NCBI GenBank assembly: GCA_947625515.1
Contig: CANQOO010000005.1
Coordinates: forward strand, 24,576-88,575
Origin: an uncultured Clostridia bacterium
GTDB lineage: Bacteria; Bacillota; Clostridia; Christensenellales; UBA1242
DNA: 64,000 bases
Reading direction: 5' to 3'
In this document: positions 38,161 to 48,941 of the stretch, one piece after another
Layout: each line of letters opens with the position of its first letter
How positions within the stretch are numbered: position 1 is the stretch's first letter
The notes under the pieces: generated by a model
Database searches by the model: none
What the model saw: only the letters and a program-made list of their open reading frames with translations
Told to the model about the DNA's origin: nothing
Position numbers and translations under genes: made by a program

Positions 38161-39453
38161 TCATTCTTCGGTCTTCTCAATATTCTCAGCCAAGTGAGCA
38201 TTTCGAAATTCCTCGTCTTGTTTGATAAGTTCTTTTTCCAAAAAGATGAGCGAAACACCATAAAGGACAAAGAACAGGCACACAATCGCGAGGGAAATCA
38301 TGAGGAAAAGGGTGCCTCCGCCCATGAGAGAGTCAAATACGCCGGCAAGAAGAAGCACGACTGAGCCAACAATTCTGCCCGTCTCCAAGAAAACTTCCGC
38401 CAGAGTGTTGCTTTCCAAAATGTGTGAGTGCAGCGACAGCACGCGGACAACGCCAGCACGCCTGCTGTCCGAAATTGACATCATGACAACGTTCAAAGAG
38501 GAATAAATTGCATAGAAAATGATGATTGTCACCTGATTTGCGGCACAAAGGATGGCAATAATTGAACATGCAACAAGCGAGATGATTGGCGTGATGAATG
38601 CGACAGCCCTCTTTTTGCGATAGAATTTCAAATAAACAAACATCGCCACAAGCGAGCATGCGGTGAAAATCGAGCGAAATGTGCCAAGTGTGGAATCTTT
38701 TTGGAAGACGAAAATCACCAAAATGGTGATGAGCGTTGTGAAGCAGTCATATGACGCCCCGCGGAAGAAATTTTGGATATAAACCAGCCACAGCGACTTT
38801 GTCTGCTTGCGATTTTTATACATATATTTCGTAAATTTTGGCAGATTGTATTCCATTTGGATGGATTTTTTCGGACGAATTAGGAAAGAGAAAATGACAA
38901 GCAAAACGGCAATGCCAAACATAATGTAAGTCACATATGAAAAGCTGAGGTCGGCAATGAAACCCAGTGTGATTGGGAAGATTATGTAAACAAATTGGAA
39001 AGCAATTCTCTTCACAGCAAAAAATTTGACTTGATGTTTGCTGGAAATAGTCTCTGCAGTCAGGCTGTTATATCCCGCCGAGAAGAACCCCCACGCGATG
39101 CCATACACGGCAGCAATAAGCGGCACAAAAGTCATCAAATCGTTTTGCAAAAGATGAACCATCAGCACCGTGCCGGCAAGCAAGATTGAGCCAATCGAGA
39201 CAAAGATGCTTTTGTTGATTTTTTTCATGAAAAAGCCGTTAAGGACATAGAAAACAATAATCATTGCATAATCAACAATGTAAAAAAGTGCAATACTGAC
39301 AATTTTGTCGGGCATCGCCGCCATTTCATTGTGCAAAATGCGAGACACGAAAAACAGGTCAATGAAAATGCATATCACCGCCTGCAAGCAGTCGCATGCG
39401 ATGATGGAAATTCCACTCAGATTAAAAACACCCGATTTAACTCTTTTTGCCAT
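38161..39453 (-). CDS. Polytopic membrane transporter, MFS-like (about 12 TM)
   Basis: 430 aa and hydrophobic throughout. The start overlaps the ATPase stop by 17 nt. Confidence 0.55.
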   Translation of the reverse strand: MAKRVKSGVFNLSGISIIACDCLQAVICIFIDLFFVSRILHNEMAAMPDKIVSIALFYIVDYAMIIVFYVLNGFFMKKINKSIFVSIGSILLAGTVLMVHLLQNDLMTFVPLIAAVYGIAWGFFSAGYNSLTAETISSKHQVKFFAVKRIAFQFVYIIFPITLGFIADLSFSYVTYIMFGIAVLLVIFSFLIRPKKSIQMEYNLPKFTKYMYKNRKQTKSLWLVYIQNFFRGASYDCFTTLITILVIFVFQKDSTLGTFRSIFTACSLVAMFVYLKFYRKKRAVAFITPIISLVACSIIAILCAANQVTIIIFYAIYSSLNVVMMSISDSRRAGVVRVLSLHSHILESNTLAEVFLETGRIVGSVVLLLAGVFDSLMGGGTLFLMISLAIVCLFFVLYGVSLIFLEKELIKQDEEFRNAHLAENIEKTEE

Positions 39454-42214
39454 AATTGTTCCTCTTTAGTGACGCACGAATAAAAATTTTCACAATTTCA
39501 AAATATGGAATAATCAGGAAGCCTCCGCCTATTGCAATCAGGCATTGCCACCAATTCAACTGGCAGACGCCCATTGCCGTTTGAATTGACCCAAGCGGCA
39601 GCACAACAATGGCGATGGTCAGCAGTGCGGAGCCAAGGAAGGCGATGTTCAGCCATTTGTTGTCAAAAGGATTGCTTGTGAAAAGAGACTGGGTTTGATG
39701 CTTCAAATTGTATGAGTGGCAAAGCTCAGCAAAGACGAGTGTCAAGAAGCAAAAGGTTGTGACGATGGTTGGATTATATTTCAAAACATATGTCATGACA
39801 CAATATTCCACCAGCAGCAGTGCTGTCACAAAAATGCTGGAACAGAGGATGTTCACCCCGGGGTCGCCACGGAACAAACTTCCGGTGTTTTTGATTGGTC
39901 GGCGGTCCATAACGTGCTTGCTTGCTTTTTCAAAGCCCAACGCAAGTCCGACAAAAGTGTCGCTGACAAAGTTTGTCCAAAGCAGCAACGCCGGCGTAAA
40001 GAAATGCCAGTCTGCCCCAGGTTTTGGCAAGGCAATCATGATGATTGTCAGCAAAATAAGTTCTGCAATCGATGTGCCAAGCAGGAACATCAAAATCTTC
40101 AGCAGTGTGTCATAAATTCTGCGGCCTTCCTTCACCGCCCCAACAATGGTGGCAAAGTTGTCGTCCGTCAAAATCATATCGGCGGCTTCTTTGGTCACAT
40201 CCGTTCCGGTGATGCCCATGCCAACGCCGATGTCTGCCGCCTTAATGCTTGGGGCGTCGTTCACCCCGTCGCCCGTCATGGCAACAATCTTATCATTCTT
40301 TTTAAGTGCCTTCACAATTCGCACTTTATGCTCCGGCGAAACGCGTGCATAAACGCGAAATTTCTCCACCAGTTTGCAAAACTCTTCGTCATCAATTTGG
40401 TCAAGTTCTTTTCCGGTTATGACCTCACTTTCGCGGTCGCAGATGCCAAGTTCTTTTGCAATCGCAAACGCGGTGTCTTTGTGGTCGCCCGTAATCATAA
40501 TTGTGGTGATGCCCGCCTTCTTGCAAGTTTTGATGGCATCCTTAACTTCTTCTCGCGGCGGGTCAATCATGCCAACAAGCCCCAAGAAGCACAGGCCAAA
40601 TTCTGTGTTTTGAGAGGTCGGCTTTCCAATTTTGTCAACATATTTCGCCGCAAAAGCCAAGTTTCGCAGTGCGGCTGAGGCAAACTCGCCGTTTTTTGCC
40701 AAAATTCTTTCGCGGTCGGCATTTGTCAGACGGCGGATTTTGCCATTATCCAGCACGCGATTGCACCTGCCTAAGATATTGTCCACGGCACCCTTAGTGT
40801 ATGCCACAATCTTTCCGTCAACAGAATTGAAAGTGGTCATAAGTTTTCTGTCGCTGTCAAATGGAATTTCGTTCAGCCTCTTAAATTCTCCGTCCAAGTT
40901 TTGCTTGTTCAGCCCCATTTTATAGCCATAATGCACAAGGGCAATTTCGGTTGGGTCGCCAATGCTTTCAAGTTTGTCGTCCTCGAACCTCACTTTTGTG
41001 TCGTTGCAAAGCAGCATACATCTGAGAAGTTCGGTGAAATTTCTGTTGTCGGAAAGCTCATTTTCCTTTTCCACCTCGTCCAGCGTCAGCACATTTTCCA
41101 CCGCACTGCCTTCCACAAACTCCTCTTTCTGCTTGCCGTTCAAACTATCGCACGCTTGGTCAAAGAAGAAAACTTTTGTCACCGTCATTTTGTTCAGCGT
41201 CAAAGTGCCAGTCTTATCGCTGCAAATCACCTCGGTGCTTCCAAGAGTTTCCACCGCCGGCAGAGACTTCACAATGGCACGAGCGTCGCTCATTCGCTTG
41301 ACGCCCATGCTCATCGTCACAGTGTTGCACGCTGGCAGTCCCTCAGGAACGGCACAAACGGCAATGGCAATCGCCATAGAAAACGCCGAGAAAACGCTGT
41401 TGCCAGTGCAAATTTGCACAATAAACACTGCAAGGCAGGCTGCAAGCACAATACTCGTGATAATAAGGCTGGTCTTTTTGATTTTTTTAGTGAGCGGCGT
41501 CACAGGTGCGTCCATCTCGGCAAGGGCAGAGGCGATTTTGCCCATTTCGGTGTCCATGCCCACGGCAACAACAACGCCCAACCCTCTGCCATATGTGCAG
41601 ACGCTGCTCATGAACGCCATGTTTGTCCGGTCGCCCAGCACGGCATCCTCGCCAAGCACAGTGGCAGCGTCTTTTTCAATCGCCAAACTCTCGCCCGTCA
41701 AGGCACTCTCTTCAATTTTCAGCGAATTTGTTTCAATCAGCCTCAAATCGGCAGGGACAATGTCGCCCGCCTCCAAAATCACGATGTCGCCGACAACAAG
41801 GTCCTCGCTTTTTATGCTGCATGAGCGGCCATTTCGCAAAACTTTGCAAAACGGTTTCGTCATATTTTTGAGAGCTTCCATGGCTTTTTCGCTTTTTCTT
41901 TCCTGCATAAAGCCAATGATGGCATTGAAAAGCACAACAAACAAAATTATGCCCGCATCGATAAATTCGCTGTAAGAGCCTTCAACTGCCCCAATGATGA
42001 CGCTGACAATGCAGGACGCAATCAGAACAAGAATAAGCACATCCTTAAACTGCTCCAAAAATTTCACAAACGCACTTTTCCTCTTCTTTTGAGCGAGCAA
42101 ATTCTTGCCATTCTTTTCCAGACGTTTTTTTGCCTCAGAATGAGAAAGCCCTTCTACCGAAGAGTTCACCTTCTCAAATGTTTGCTCAATGGTTTGCGTG
42201 AAAAACTTTTCCAT
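39437..42214 (-). CDS. Calcium-type cation-transporting P-type ATPase (P2 family)
   Basis: CSDKTGTLT, TGDHKDTA and MTGDGVNDAP motifs. The start MEKFFTQTIEQ is preferred over the upstream ORF start. Confidence 0.9.
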   Translation of the reverse strand: MEKFFTQTIEQTFEKVNSSVEGLSHSEAKKRLEKNGKNLLAQKKRKSAFVKFLEQFKDVLILVLIASCIVSVIIGAVEGSYSEFIDAGIILFVVLFNAIIGFMQERKSEKAMEALKNMTKPFCKVLRNGRSCSIKSEDLVVGDIVILEAGDIVPADLRLIETNSLKIEESALTGESLAIEKDAATVLGEDAVLGDRTNMAFMSSVCTYGRGLGVVVAVGMDTEMGKIASALAEMDAPVTPLTKKIKKTSLIITSIVLAACLAVFIVQICTGNSVFSAFSMAIAIAVCAVPEGLPACNTVTMSMGVKRMSDARAIVKSLPAVETLGSTEVICSDKTGTLTLNKMTVTKVFFFDQACDSLNGKQKEEFVEGSAVENVLTLDEVEKENELSDNRNFTELLRCMLLCNDTKVRFEDDKLESIGDPTEIALVHYGYKMGLNKQNLDGEFKRLNEIPFDSDRKLMTTFNSVDGKIVAYTKGAVDNILGRCNRVLDNGKIRRLTNADRERILAKNGEFASAALRNLAFAAKYVDKIGKPTSQNTEFGLCFLGLVGMIDPPREEVKDAIKTCKKAGITTIMITGDHKDTAFAIAKELGICDRESEVITGKELDQIDDEEFCKLVEKFRVYARVSPEHKVRIVKALKKNDKIVAMTGDGVNDAPSIKAADIGVGMGITGTDVTKEAADMILTDDNFATIVGAVKEGRRIYDTLLKILMFLLGTSIAELILLTIIMIALPKPGADWHFFTPALLLWTNFVSDTFVGLALGFEKASKHVMDRRPIKNTGSLFRGDPGVNILCSSIFVTALLLVEYCVMTYVLKYNPTIVTTFCFLTLVFAELCHSYNLKHQTQSLFTSNPFDNKWLNIAFLGSALLTIAIVVLPLGSIQTAMGVCQLNWWQCLIAIGGGFLIIPYFEIVKIFIRASLKRNNYGKKS

Positions 42215-42456
42215 CTTTTGTAGTATATCAAATAAACAAAATAATAGCAAAACAAATTGCACAAAAATCTGACTTTTTTCGACAAAAACGGAGGTGCCGC
42301 TCATAAAAAATGGCGTGGATGTTCACAAAAATGAATGCTCCCATCCAAGACTTAAACTTCTTAAAATTTGCAAAATTTAAGCATAAATTTTTACAGAAGG
42401 TATTGATTTTCCCCGTGAAATGTTTTAAAATAAAATAAAAGAAAAGAGGTGGATAT

Positions 42457-43539
42457 ATGTCGAAAAATCAGACAGGACGGTGGAAACATTCCAAGAAAGG
42501 TTCAAAAAATTACACAGATTGGTCAAATAAAAAGCATTTGAAAAATTGGGGAAATTGGAATCCAGCAATTTACAAACATCCTGGTGCCTATGCTTTTGTG
42601 GAAACAAGCGAGGGGAAGGGCTGTCTTGCATTCGACTCCTGTGCCGTCATCAATATGGCAAAAATATCTTGCGGATATTTCAGAGACAACTCTTTCAAAA
42701 GCAACAAGGAAAGAAGCCTCAACTGCAACCTTAACTATCTCTACAATCACTCCGCGGTCAGATATGGCAGGGCAAATATCAATGGGAAATTTGTGATGTG
42801 CATTGTGCCTGCCGTGCTTGAAGAAGTTGACAAAAACAACAAAGTCTTCTCTGACGTAATCCAATCCCACCTTAAAAACATATATCTTGTCCTTGAAATT
42901 CGCCCAGAATATCGAGAAGCTTTCAATCTGCTGACCAACACACTTATGAAAGAATTTGCCAAAAAAGGACTTTTCTTTGACGACGACGGAATTTTCATGA
43001 CCGCCGATGCCAAAATCGCTGCCCAAGCCGCCATCTTCAATTTGCCGCTTATCAGTCAAGATAATCATCTCACCGGCCGCGAGCACGGTCAGCGTGAAAG
43101 AATTCAAAGTTGCATCCAAAAATGTCTTTGGGGAGACCACAACGGCAATATAAGTTCTCCGATGCGACTGCATGAATTTTCAAAAGCTGTCAACAATCAA
43201 CAAAATCTGCCGCAGCCAGAAAATCTTCTCTTGCTGACAGGGAAAGTGCAAAAGGTTCTCACACAACTGGGTTATCAGGTCAACTCATCAGAAGCCAATC
43301 CAATCCTGGACAATTACGTCCATTTTGTTGAATCTCAAAAATATGCCAATTCACTGCGTTCAACAATCTCTCAACCTTCACCTTGCTATAAGCAGTCAAC
43401 CAACTCTCAACCATCACTTCGCTCCGAGCAGAGCACTGCCTCCCAATTTCCTGAGCGACAAACAACAGATTGTTCGAATAATGAGAACAACCCCATGTCG
43501 GCTCCTTGCCAAACAATTGGGAAACAAAGAAATGCATGA
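42457..43539 (+). CDS. PIN-domain (VapC-like) putative nuclease with basic N-terminal and Q/S-rich C-terminal extensions
   Basis: Acidic-residue pattern: LAFDSCAVINM ... VPAVLEEV ... ADAKIAAQAAIFNLPLISQDNHL. AGAGGTGG RBS. Confidence 0.5.
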   Translation: MSKNQTGRWKHSKKGSKNYTDWSNKKHLKNWGNWNPAIYKHPGAYAFVETSEGKGCLAFDSCAVINMAKISCGYFRDNSFKSNKERSLNCNLNYLYNHSAVRYGRANINGKFVMCIVPAVLEEVDKNNKVFSDVIQSHLKNIYLVLEIRPEYREAFNLLTNTLMKEFAKKGLFFDDDGIFMTADAKIAAQAAIFNLPLISQDNHLTGREHGQRERIQSCIQKCLWGDHNGNISSPMRLHEFSKAVNNQQNLPQPENLLLLTGKVQKVLTQLGYQVNSSEANPILDNYVHFVESQKYANSLRSTISQPSPCYKQSTNSQPSLRSEQSTASQFPERQTTDCSNNENNPMSAPCQTIGKQRNA

Positions 43540-43893
43540 AAAATGCATTTTTTATTGCAAATTTTACACTTTTTTATTGTTTTTCATAATTGTCTTTTTT
43601 TCAAAGTTTCTATTTTTTATTGTTTTTAATAATTTGTCTTTTTTCAATTTTTTCTTTTATTTTAGCATGTTATTTTGAGGATGTAATTTTGAAGAATGTA
43701 ATTTTAGAGGATATTTTTCATGTTCTGCATTATTTATTCGAAAATTCTTATGCATTATTTGATGTTATGATTTTTGTTAATTCTTTTATGCGTTGTTTTT
43801 ATGCTTTGTTTAATATTGCATTTTTTCAGCGTTTTGCATTTTTTAAATACTTGTTTAAATCGTTATTAATATTTTAATTTCATTTAGAAACGC

Positions 43894-43922
43894 AAAAAAC
43901 CCGCAAAAATGCGGGTTTTTTG
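43894..43922. terminator. Bidirectional intrinsic terminator
   Basis: aaaaaacccgc-aaaaat-gcgggtttttt. Confidence 0.75.
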
Positions 43923-44008
43923 TCATTTTTTTATTTTTAATTAAGTAATTTTTCTTTTAAATTCAAGAAAAACATTTTTTATCTGCAAGCAAAAATTGGA
44001 AAATTTTG

Positions 44009-45166
44009 TTATTCTTCTTCGCCCTCTGCTTCAAGTCTTGCAATTTCTTTTTTGTATGTTTCAATATCGTTTTTCAGTTCTTCATTTCGTTGACTCAGCA
44101 CGCCATACATCTTTTCAAGAAGAGGATATCTTTCTGCGTTTTCTGCCATCACCTCTTCGCAGTGTTGAACAGAAAGTTTAAGTCCGTCAAGATGATCCAA
44201 ATCCTCAGAAAGTTTCTTGGCTTTTTCTTCGTCAATATCGGCAAAATTGTTGACACCATACAAAAGCACTTTTTGCCTTGCAACAAGGGCTTCTTTTCTG
44301 CGAAGTTTTTTCTCGTCGCGTTCATGTGCAACCCAAATTTTGCGAAGTGGAATATATTCTTTTTTGCATTGTTTAAATTCTTTTTCGGTGCTTGCCAAAC
44401 GCTGCTCGGCATCTGCAAGGCGTTGTCTCAATTCATCCAAGGAAAGATGTGATGTGCTTTGCACAACCGTGACAGGGGTTTTTGCCTGCTCGTTCTGCTC
44501 TGCCAACGCACGTTTTGCCTCTTCAAGTTCTTGAAGCATGGTTGCATATCTTGCCTTCTCAACAGCAAGAGCACGGCGTTCTTCCAACAATTCTTCGGAT
44601 TCGGCAGCGGGCTGTTCTGGCGTTTCAACTTTCTCGACCTCAGATTCAGTCTCAGCAGCAGTCTGCTCGGTCTCCTGCACCTCAACCGTTTCCGGCTTGT
44701 CAGCTTCCTCATTCGCCTGTTCGCCTGATTGCTCCTCAGAATCTTGCTGATTTTCTTCTTGCATTTCGGCTTGCATTCTGCGAATCAATTCTTGTCTGCG
44801 GGCTTCAAGGTAGGCTCGACGTTCTTCATTCACACGTTCCTGCTCTTCAATTTCGGCTTCTGCCTGATTTTTTTCCTGCTCAGCGGTTTGTTGATTAAGC
44901 TCTGTAATTTCTGGCTCCTTAACCTCAGTCTCTTCTGGTTCGTCAATTTTCACAACAACCAACTGCTCGTCGTTCACTTTTTGTTTCACCTTGGCACGAG
45001 GAGCGGCAGTCGTTTTCTTCTCTGGCTTAGCAACAGCAGCATTGACCGCCTCCCAAAGGAAATAAATCACCAACGCCCCTGCAACGACAACGGCAATAAT
45101 GATGAAAATGTCAAGAATCAGCGACTCTGTGACTGCACCAGCTGCGTTAAGTAAAGATTTAAACAT
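44009..45166 (-). CDS. Membrane-anchored Glu/Gln-rich coiled-coil protein of unknown function
   Basis: N-terminal TM (ILDIFIIIAVVVAGALVIYFLW) followed by about 330 aa of E/Q/A/K-rich heptad-like sequence. Confidence 0.5.
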   Translation of the reverse strand: MFKSLLNAAGAVTESLILDIFIIIAVVVAGALVIYFLWEAVNAAVAKPEKKTTAAPRAKVKQKVNDEQLVVVKIDEPEETEVKEPEITELNQQTAEQEKNQAEAEIEEQERVNEERRAYLEARRQELIRRMQAEMQEENQQDSEEQSGEQANEEADKPETVEVQETEQTAAETESEVEKVETPEQPAAESEELLEERRALAVEKARYATMLQELEEAKRALAEQNEQAKTPVTVVQSTSHLSLDELRQRLADAEQRLASTEKEFKQCKKEYIPLRKIWVAHERDEKKLRRKEALVARQKVLLYGVNNFADIDEEKAKKLSEDLDHLDGLKLSVQHCEEVMAENAERYPLLEKMYGVLSQRNEELKNDIETYKKEIARLEAEGEEE

Positions 45167-45227
45167 TGCAATTTACCTCTTTTTTAAATTTCCAGGAAAA
45201 AAGGTGGTCAAACAAATTTCAAACTTT

Positions 45228-45627
45228 TGGTGGAGACGGAGGGAATTGAACCCTCGTCCGAAAACAAAACAAAACACTTTTCTACATGTTTAGTTTATGA
45301 TTGAATCTCGCTGCCAAATCGCCCATAAACAGGTTTTGGAAGCCAGCCTTTAAGATTTTTTGCGGCTGCAAAGGCCAATCACCACAAAATTTTTGCCTTG
45401 TTTGATGCCCTGACCCTCAAGCGGCAACTTTGAGGCAGGACAGATTGAAAATTCTCAATCAAGTCGTCGTTTCAGTTAAGCAGCGTAAGCGGCGTTAAAA
45501 GGAACAACATTGTTTTCATTGTTTGCGTTTATTCGCTTGCATCAGTTTAAGGTGTCGGTGCCCCACCACATGCTTTACATATTTTGTTTAAATCCCCGTC
45601 GAAACCAAATCGTCCCCGCAAACGACA
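45228..45627 (-). ncRNA. ssrA: tmRNA (SsrA)
   Basis: 5' GGGGACGATTTGGTTTCGACGGGGATT and 3' GGACGAGGGTTCAATTCCCTCCGTCTCCACCA. The candidate tag ORF is ...GCA AAC AAT GAA ... GCT GCT TAA. Lies downstream of smpB. Confidence 0.9.
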
Positions 45628-45809
45628 TCCATTTGCCGTTTTGATGCATCTTTTGAAGTTTTTGCAGTCTTTTTGCGATTTTTTGCAAAAGTTTTGAAAT
45701 TTTGTGAGTTTTTCTCAAATTTTCTGCAAATTTAAGTGCTTTTGTGAAATTTTTGCACGTTCGCAAAATTTCACAAGACAAGGTTCACAACGCCCACGCA
45801 AGCAAAACG

Positions 45810-46256
45810 TCAAAGTTTTTGTGTGTCCCTTGCAATTTCTCGCTTGACTGATTTTTCCTTCAAAGAAGCACGCTTGTCGTAAAGTTTTTTACCCTTCGCA
45901 AGGCCAATCTCCACTTTCACGCGACCAGCATCATTCAAGTAAATTTTGGTCGCAATGATTGTGAGGCCTTTTTCCTTCACCATTCGTTCGAATTTTTGAA
46001 TTTCGCTTTTTTTAAGAAGCAATTTTCTTGTTTTTCGCTCGTCCGGTTTGAAAGAAGAGGTCTTCTCGTAAGGTTTTATGTAGGCATTTTTCAAGAACAT
46101 CTCGCCATTTTTAATTTGCACAAAACTGTCCGTCAAACTTGCCCCACCAGACCTGACTGATTTAACTTCACAACCTTCCAAAACAATTCCAGCCTCAACC
46201 AAGTCTGAAACGAAGTAATCAAAGAATGCTTTCTTATTGTTTGATATAACCTTCAT
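45810..46256 (-). CDS. smpB: SsrA-binding protein
   Basis: MKVISNNKKAFFDYFV...GCEVKSVR... Confidence 0.9.
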   Translation of the reverse strand: MKVISNNKKAFFDYFVSDLVEAGIVLEGCEVKSVRSGGASLTDSFVQIKNGEMFLKNAYIKPYEKTSSFKPDERKTRKLLLKKSEIQKFERMVKEKGLTIIATKIYLNDAGRVKVEIGLAKGKKLYDKRASLKEKSVKREIARDTQKL

Positions 46257-46495
46257 TTCCGCTCCTATTATATCACCTATTTTTATATAATTCAATAGTC
46301 TTTTCGAAATTTTTTGCGAAAAATTCGATTTTTTTCGTGTTTTTGGGCATTTTTTTGAAAAAATCGGCGTTTTCTCTTCCAAAAGACCATAAATTAGGTC
46401 AATAAAAAGGAAAAAGTCCTAATTTTTCGCCTTAAACGTGCAAAAACGCTTCAAAAAGCTGAAAAAAATTGAAAATAATTGTCTTTTTTGCAAAA

Positions 46496-48583
46496 TTAAG
46501 CCATTTTAAAATCGAGGTTTCGCGTGTGCAGATTGACATTTGTCAGCTGAACTTTCACCTTGTCGCCAATGGAAAAGACATGTGCTGAGCCTTTAAGTTT
46601 AAGTTGCTTATCAAGGAAAAGATATGCATCATCCGGCAAATCTTCCACCCGCACAAGCCCCTCAACGGTGTTATCCAGTGCAACAAAACAGCCGAAATTT
46701 GTGACAGAAGAGATTGTCGCGTCAAACACTTCGCCCACGCGGTCTTTCATCAAATATGCCTTCCAAAGGTCGTCCACATCACGTTCTGCCATGTCCGCAT
46801 TACGCTCGCACTGCGACGCCTGCTCTGCCGCTTCAAATGTGAACTCGTCCAGTTCTGCCTTACGCTCCGCCGAAAGTTTCCCGCCGCTATGCAGCCACTC
46901 TTTGATGATTCTGTGAATGGTCAGATCCGGATATCGGCGAATTGGCGAGGTGAAGTGGCAATAGTCCACCAAGGCCAAGCCGAAATGTCCCAAATTTTTG
47001 TTCGAATATTTGGCTTTTTGCATGGAACGCAGCACAATTTTATTGACAACATCCTTAGCGTTCAAATTTTCCACGCCATCCAAAATCTCTTGAAAATATG
47101 CTGGCTCAACCTCGTCAGGAATTTTTGGATATTTCACGCCAATCCCTTTCAAGAAGTCGCAAACGGACAGCACTTTTTCCTTTGTCGGCGGCTCATGCAC
47201 GCGATAAACAAACGGCACCGACAGCTTGTGAAAGTGCCGTGCAACCGTTTCGTTTGCCAGCACCATAAAATCTTCAATCAGCCTGTGAGCCTCGTTGCGT
47301 TCCCTTCTTGTCAAATCCACAGCCATGCCATTTTCGTCAAAAACAAACTGCACCTCTGGGATGTCCAAATCAAGAGCCCCACGATTTATGGTGTTCTTTT
47401 CCAAAATGTCGCAAAGTTCTCTCATAAGCAAAAAGTCTTTTTGCAGATTTTTGGTTTTAGCGTTCAGTTTCTCGCCCAGAATGGCCTCGTGCACCTCTTT
47501 GTAGGTCAGTCTTGCCACGCTTTTGATGACGCTTTCGCAAATTTTGTAGTCAACCACTTTGCCAGAAAAATCCACCTTCATGATGCAAGAAAGAGTCAGC
47601 CTCTCCACCCCTTCATTCAAAGAGCAAATGCCGTTTGACAGTCCTTTCGGCAGCATTGGCAGCACAGACGTTGGAAAATACACGCTTGTGCCGCGGCGAT
47701 ATGCCTCTTCGTCAATCACTGAGCCTTGCGGAACATATTCCCCCACATCAGCAATATGCACGCCGACCTCATAGAATTTGTCCAATTTTTTGATATTCAC
47801 CGCATCGTCCAGGTCTTTTGCGTCGGCACCGTCGATTGTGAAAATGCGTTCTTTTGTCAGGTCAAGCCGGCCTTTTTTCTGATTTTCGCCGACCATTTTT
47901 GGCACTTTTTTCTCGGCTTCGACCACCTGAGATGGAAAGTTTTCAAACAGTGCGTGGTCGCGAATGATGGAAAGTTCCAATGCCTTCACGTCATCCTGAA
48001 AGCCCAAAATCTCCTGCACAATCGCCTTGACACGCCCCTTGTCGGTGCGGACAATTTTTGCCAGCACTTTCATGTCCTTTTGCAATTTCATGCCCGTTTT
48101 TTGGACAGGGATGTCAAAAGCGATTTTTGTGTTGTCTGGGTCGAGGAAAAAATTGCCGCCAACAATGCTGAGCGTGCCAACCAAGCCGTCCAGCTCTTTA
48201 TAAATGGAAACGACCTCTCCGTCGCAGCCGTCCTCGGACTGTGCCATGATTTTCACAATGACAAATTCCCCGTCCAGTGCCCCAGCAGTTTTGTTCGCTG
48301 GGATGAAGATGTCGCTGGCAAAGCCGTCCACCTTAACAAAGCCGAAGCCCTTTGCAGTACCAAAAAATTCTCCCTTCACATATCCATGCGACGGAATGGT
48401 GATGAATTTGTTCTTTCGAATTTCAAAAATTTCGCCGTTTTCAAGAAGCGAGTAGAAATTTTTCTTGACCAAATTTTCATCCATTTGAAGTGAGGATGAA
48501 AGAAATAAAAATAGTTTGTTTAAATCAGAAAAAACCAAACTATTTTTATCCAAAAGATTTAAGATATTTTTTTTAATACTCAT
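46496..48583 (-). CDS. rnr: Ribonuclease R
   Basis: RNB domain (FTIDGADAKDLDDAV, HFGLA...YCHFTSPIRRYPD) and a C-terminal S1 domain. Confidence 0.9.
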   Translation of the reverse strand: MSIKKNILNLLDKNSLVFSDLNKLFLFLSSSLQMDENLVKKNFYSLLENGEIFEIRKNKFITIPSHGYVKGEFFGTAKGFGFVKVDGFASDIFIPANKTAGALDGEFVIVKIMAQSEDGCDGEVVSIYKELDGLVGTLSIVGGNFFLDPDNTKIAFDIPVQKTGMKLQKDMKVLAKIVRTDKGRVKAIVQEILGFQDDVKALELSIIRDHALFENFPSQVVEAEKKVPKMVGENQKKGRLDLTKERIFTIDGADAKDLDDAVNIKKLDKFYEVGVHIADVGEYVPQGSVIDEEAYRRGTSVYFPTSVLPMLPKGLSNGICSLNEGVERLTLSCIMKVDFSGKVVDYKICESVIKSVARLTYKEVHEAILGEKLNAKTKNLQKDFLLMRELCDILEKNTINRGALDLDIPEVQFVFDENGMAVDLTRRERNEAHRLIEDFMVLANETVARHFHKLSVPFVYRVHEPPTKEKVLSVCDFLKGIGVKYPKIPDEVEPAYFQEILDGVENLNAKDVVNKIVLRSMQKAKYSNKNLGHFGLALVDYCHFTSPIRRYPDLTIHRIIKEWLHSGGKLSAERKAELDEFTFEAAEQASQCERNADMAERDVDDLWKAYLMKDRVGEVFDATISSVTNFGCFVALDNTVEGLVRVEDLPDDAYLFLDKQLKLKGSAHVFSIGDKVKVQLTNVNLHTRNLDFKMA

Positions 48584-48623
48584 CTTTTTTGCCTTCTTAT
48601 CGCGTAACTTGACTTATGCGGGC

Positions 48624-48941
48624 TTAGCCACGTCCACCTGGCACCAAAAGTGTGACAAAATACAAAATCACGCAAACAACAGCAATGCAAGAGAAAATCA
48701 CTGTCAGAAGGTGCAGTTTGCCGTCACGAGAGCCGCCCTTGTTTTGGGAATAATAACTTTCTTGTTTGCCGGTGATGACGTCTGTGCCGCCACTGTCTTC
48801 ATTTTGCATCAATGTTGTGACAATCAGCACAATGGCACAAAGCACAACAATGCAGAAAAGCACGATGCGAATGATTGGGAAGGATGACGAAATCCAAGGT
48901 GCGACAAGTGAAGGGTCGCTTTCAAGCAATAAACGTTTCAT
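48624..48941 (-). CDS. secG: Probable preprotein translocase subunit SecG (extended N-terminus)
   Basis: Two TM helices flank ...LMQNEDSGGTDVITG.... The position upstream of rnr-smpB-ssrA matches B. subtilis. Confidence 0.55.
   Translation of the reverse strand: MKRLLLESDPSLVAPWISSSFPIIRIVLFCIVVLCAIVLIVTTLMQNEDSGGTDVITGKQESYYSQNKGGSRDGKLHLLTVIFSCIAVVCVILYFVTLLVPGGRG

Noticed and set aside
43540-44008. Phe-rich ORFs (43325-43678, 43590-43877) in the T-rich spacer after the PIN gene
   Set aside because: They have no RBS, and their composition is driven by the T-richness of non-coding DNA.
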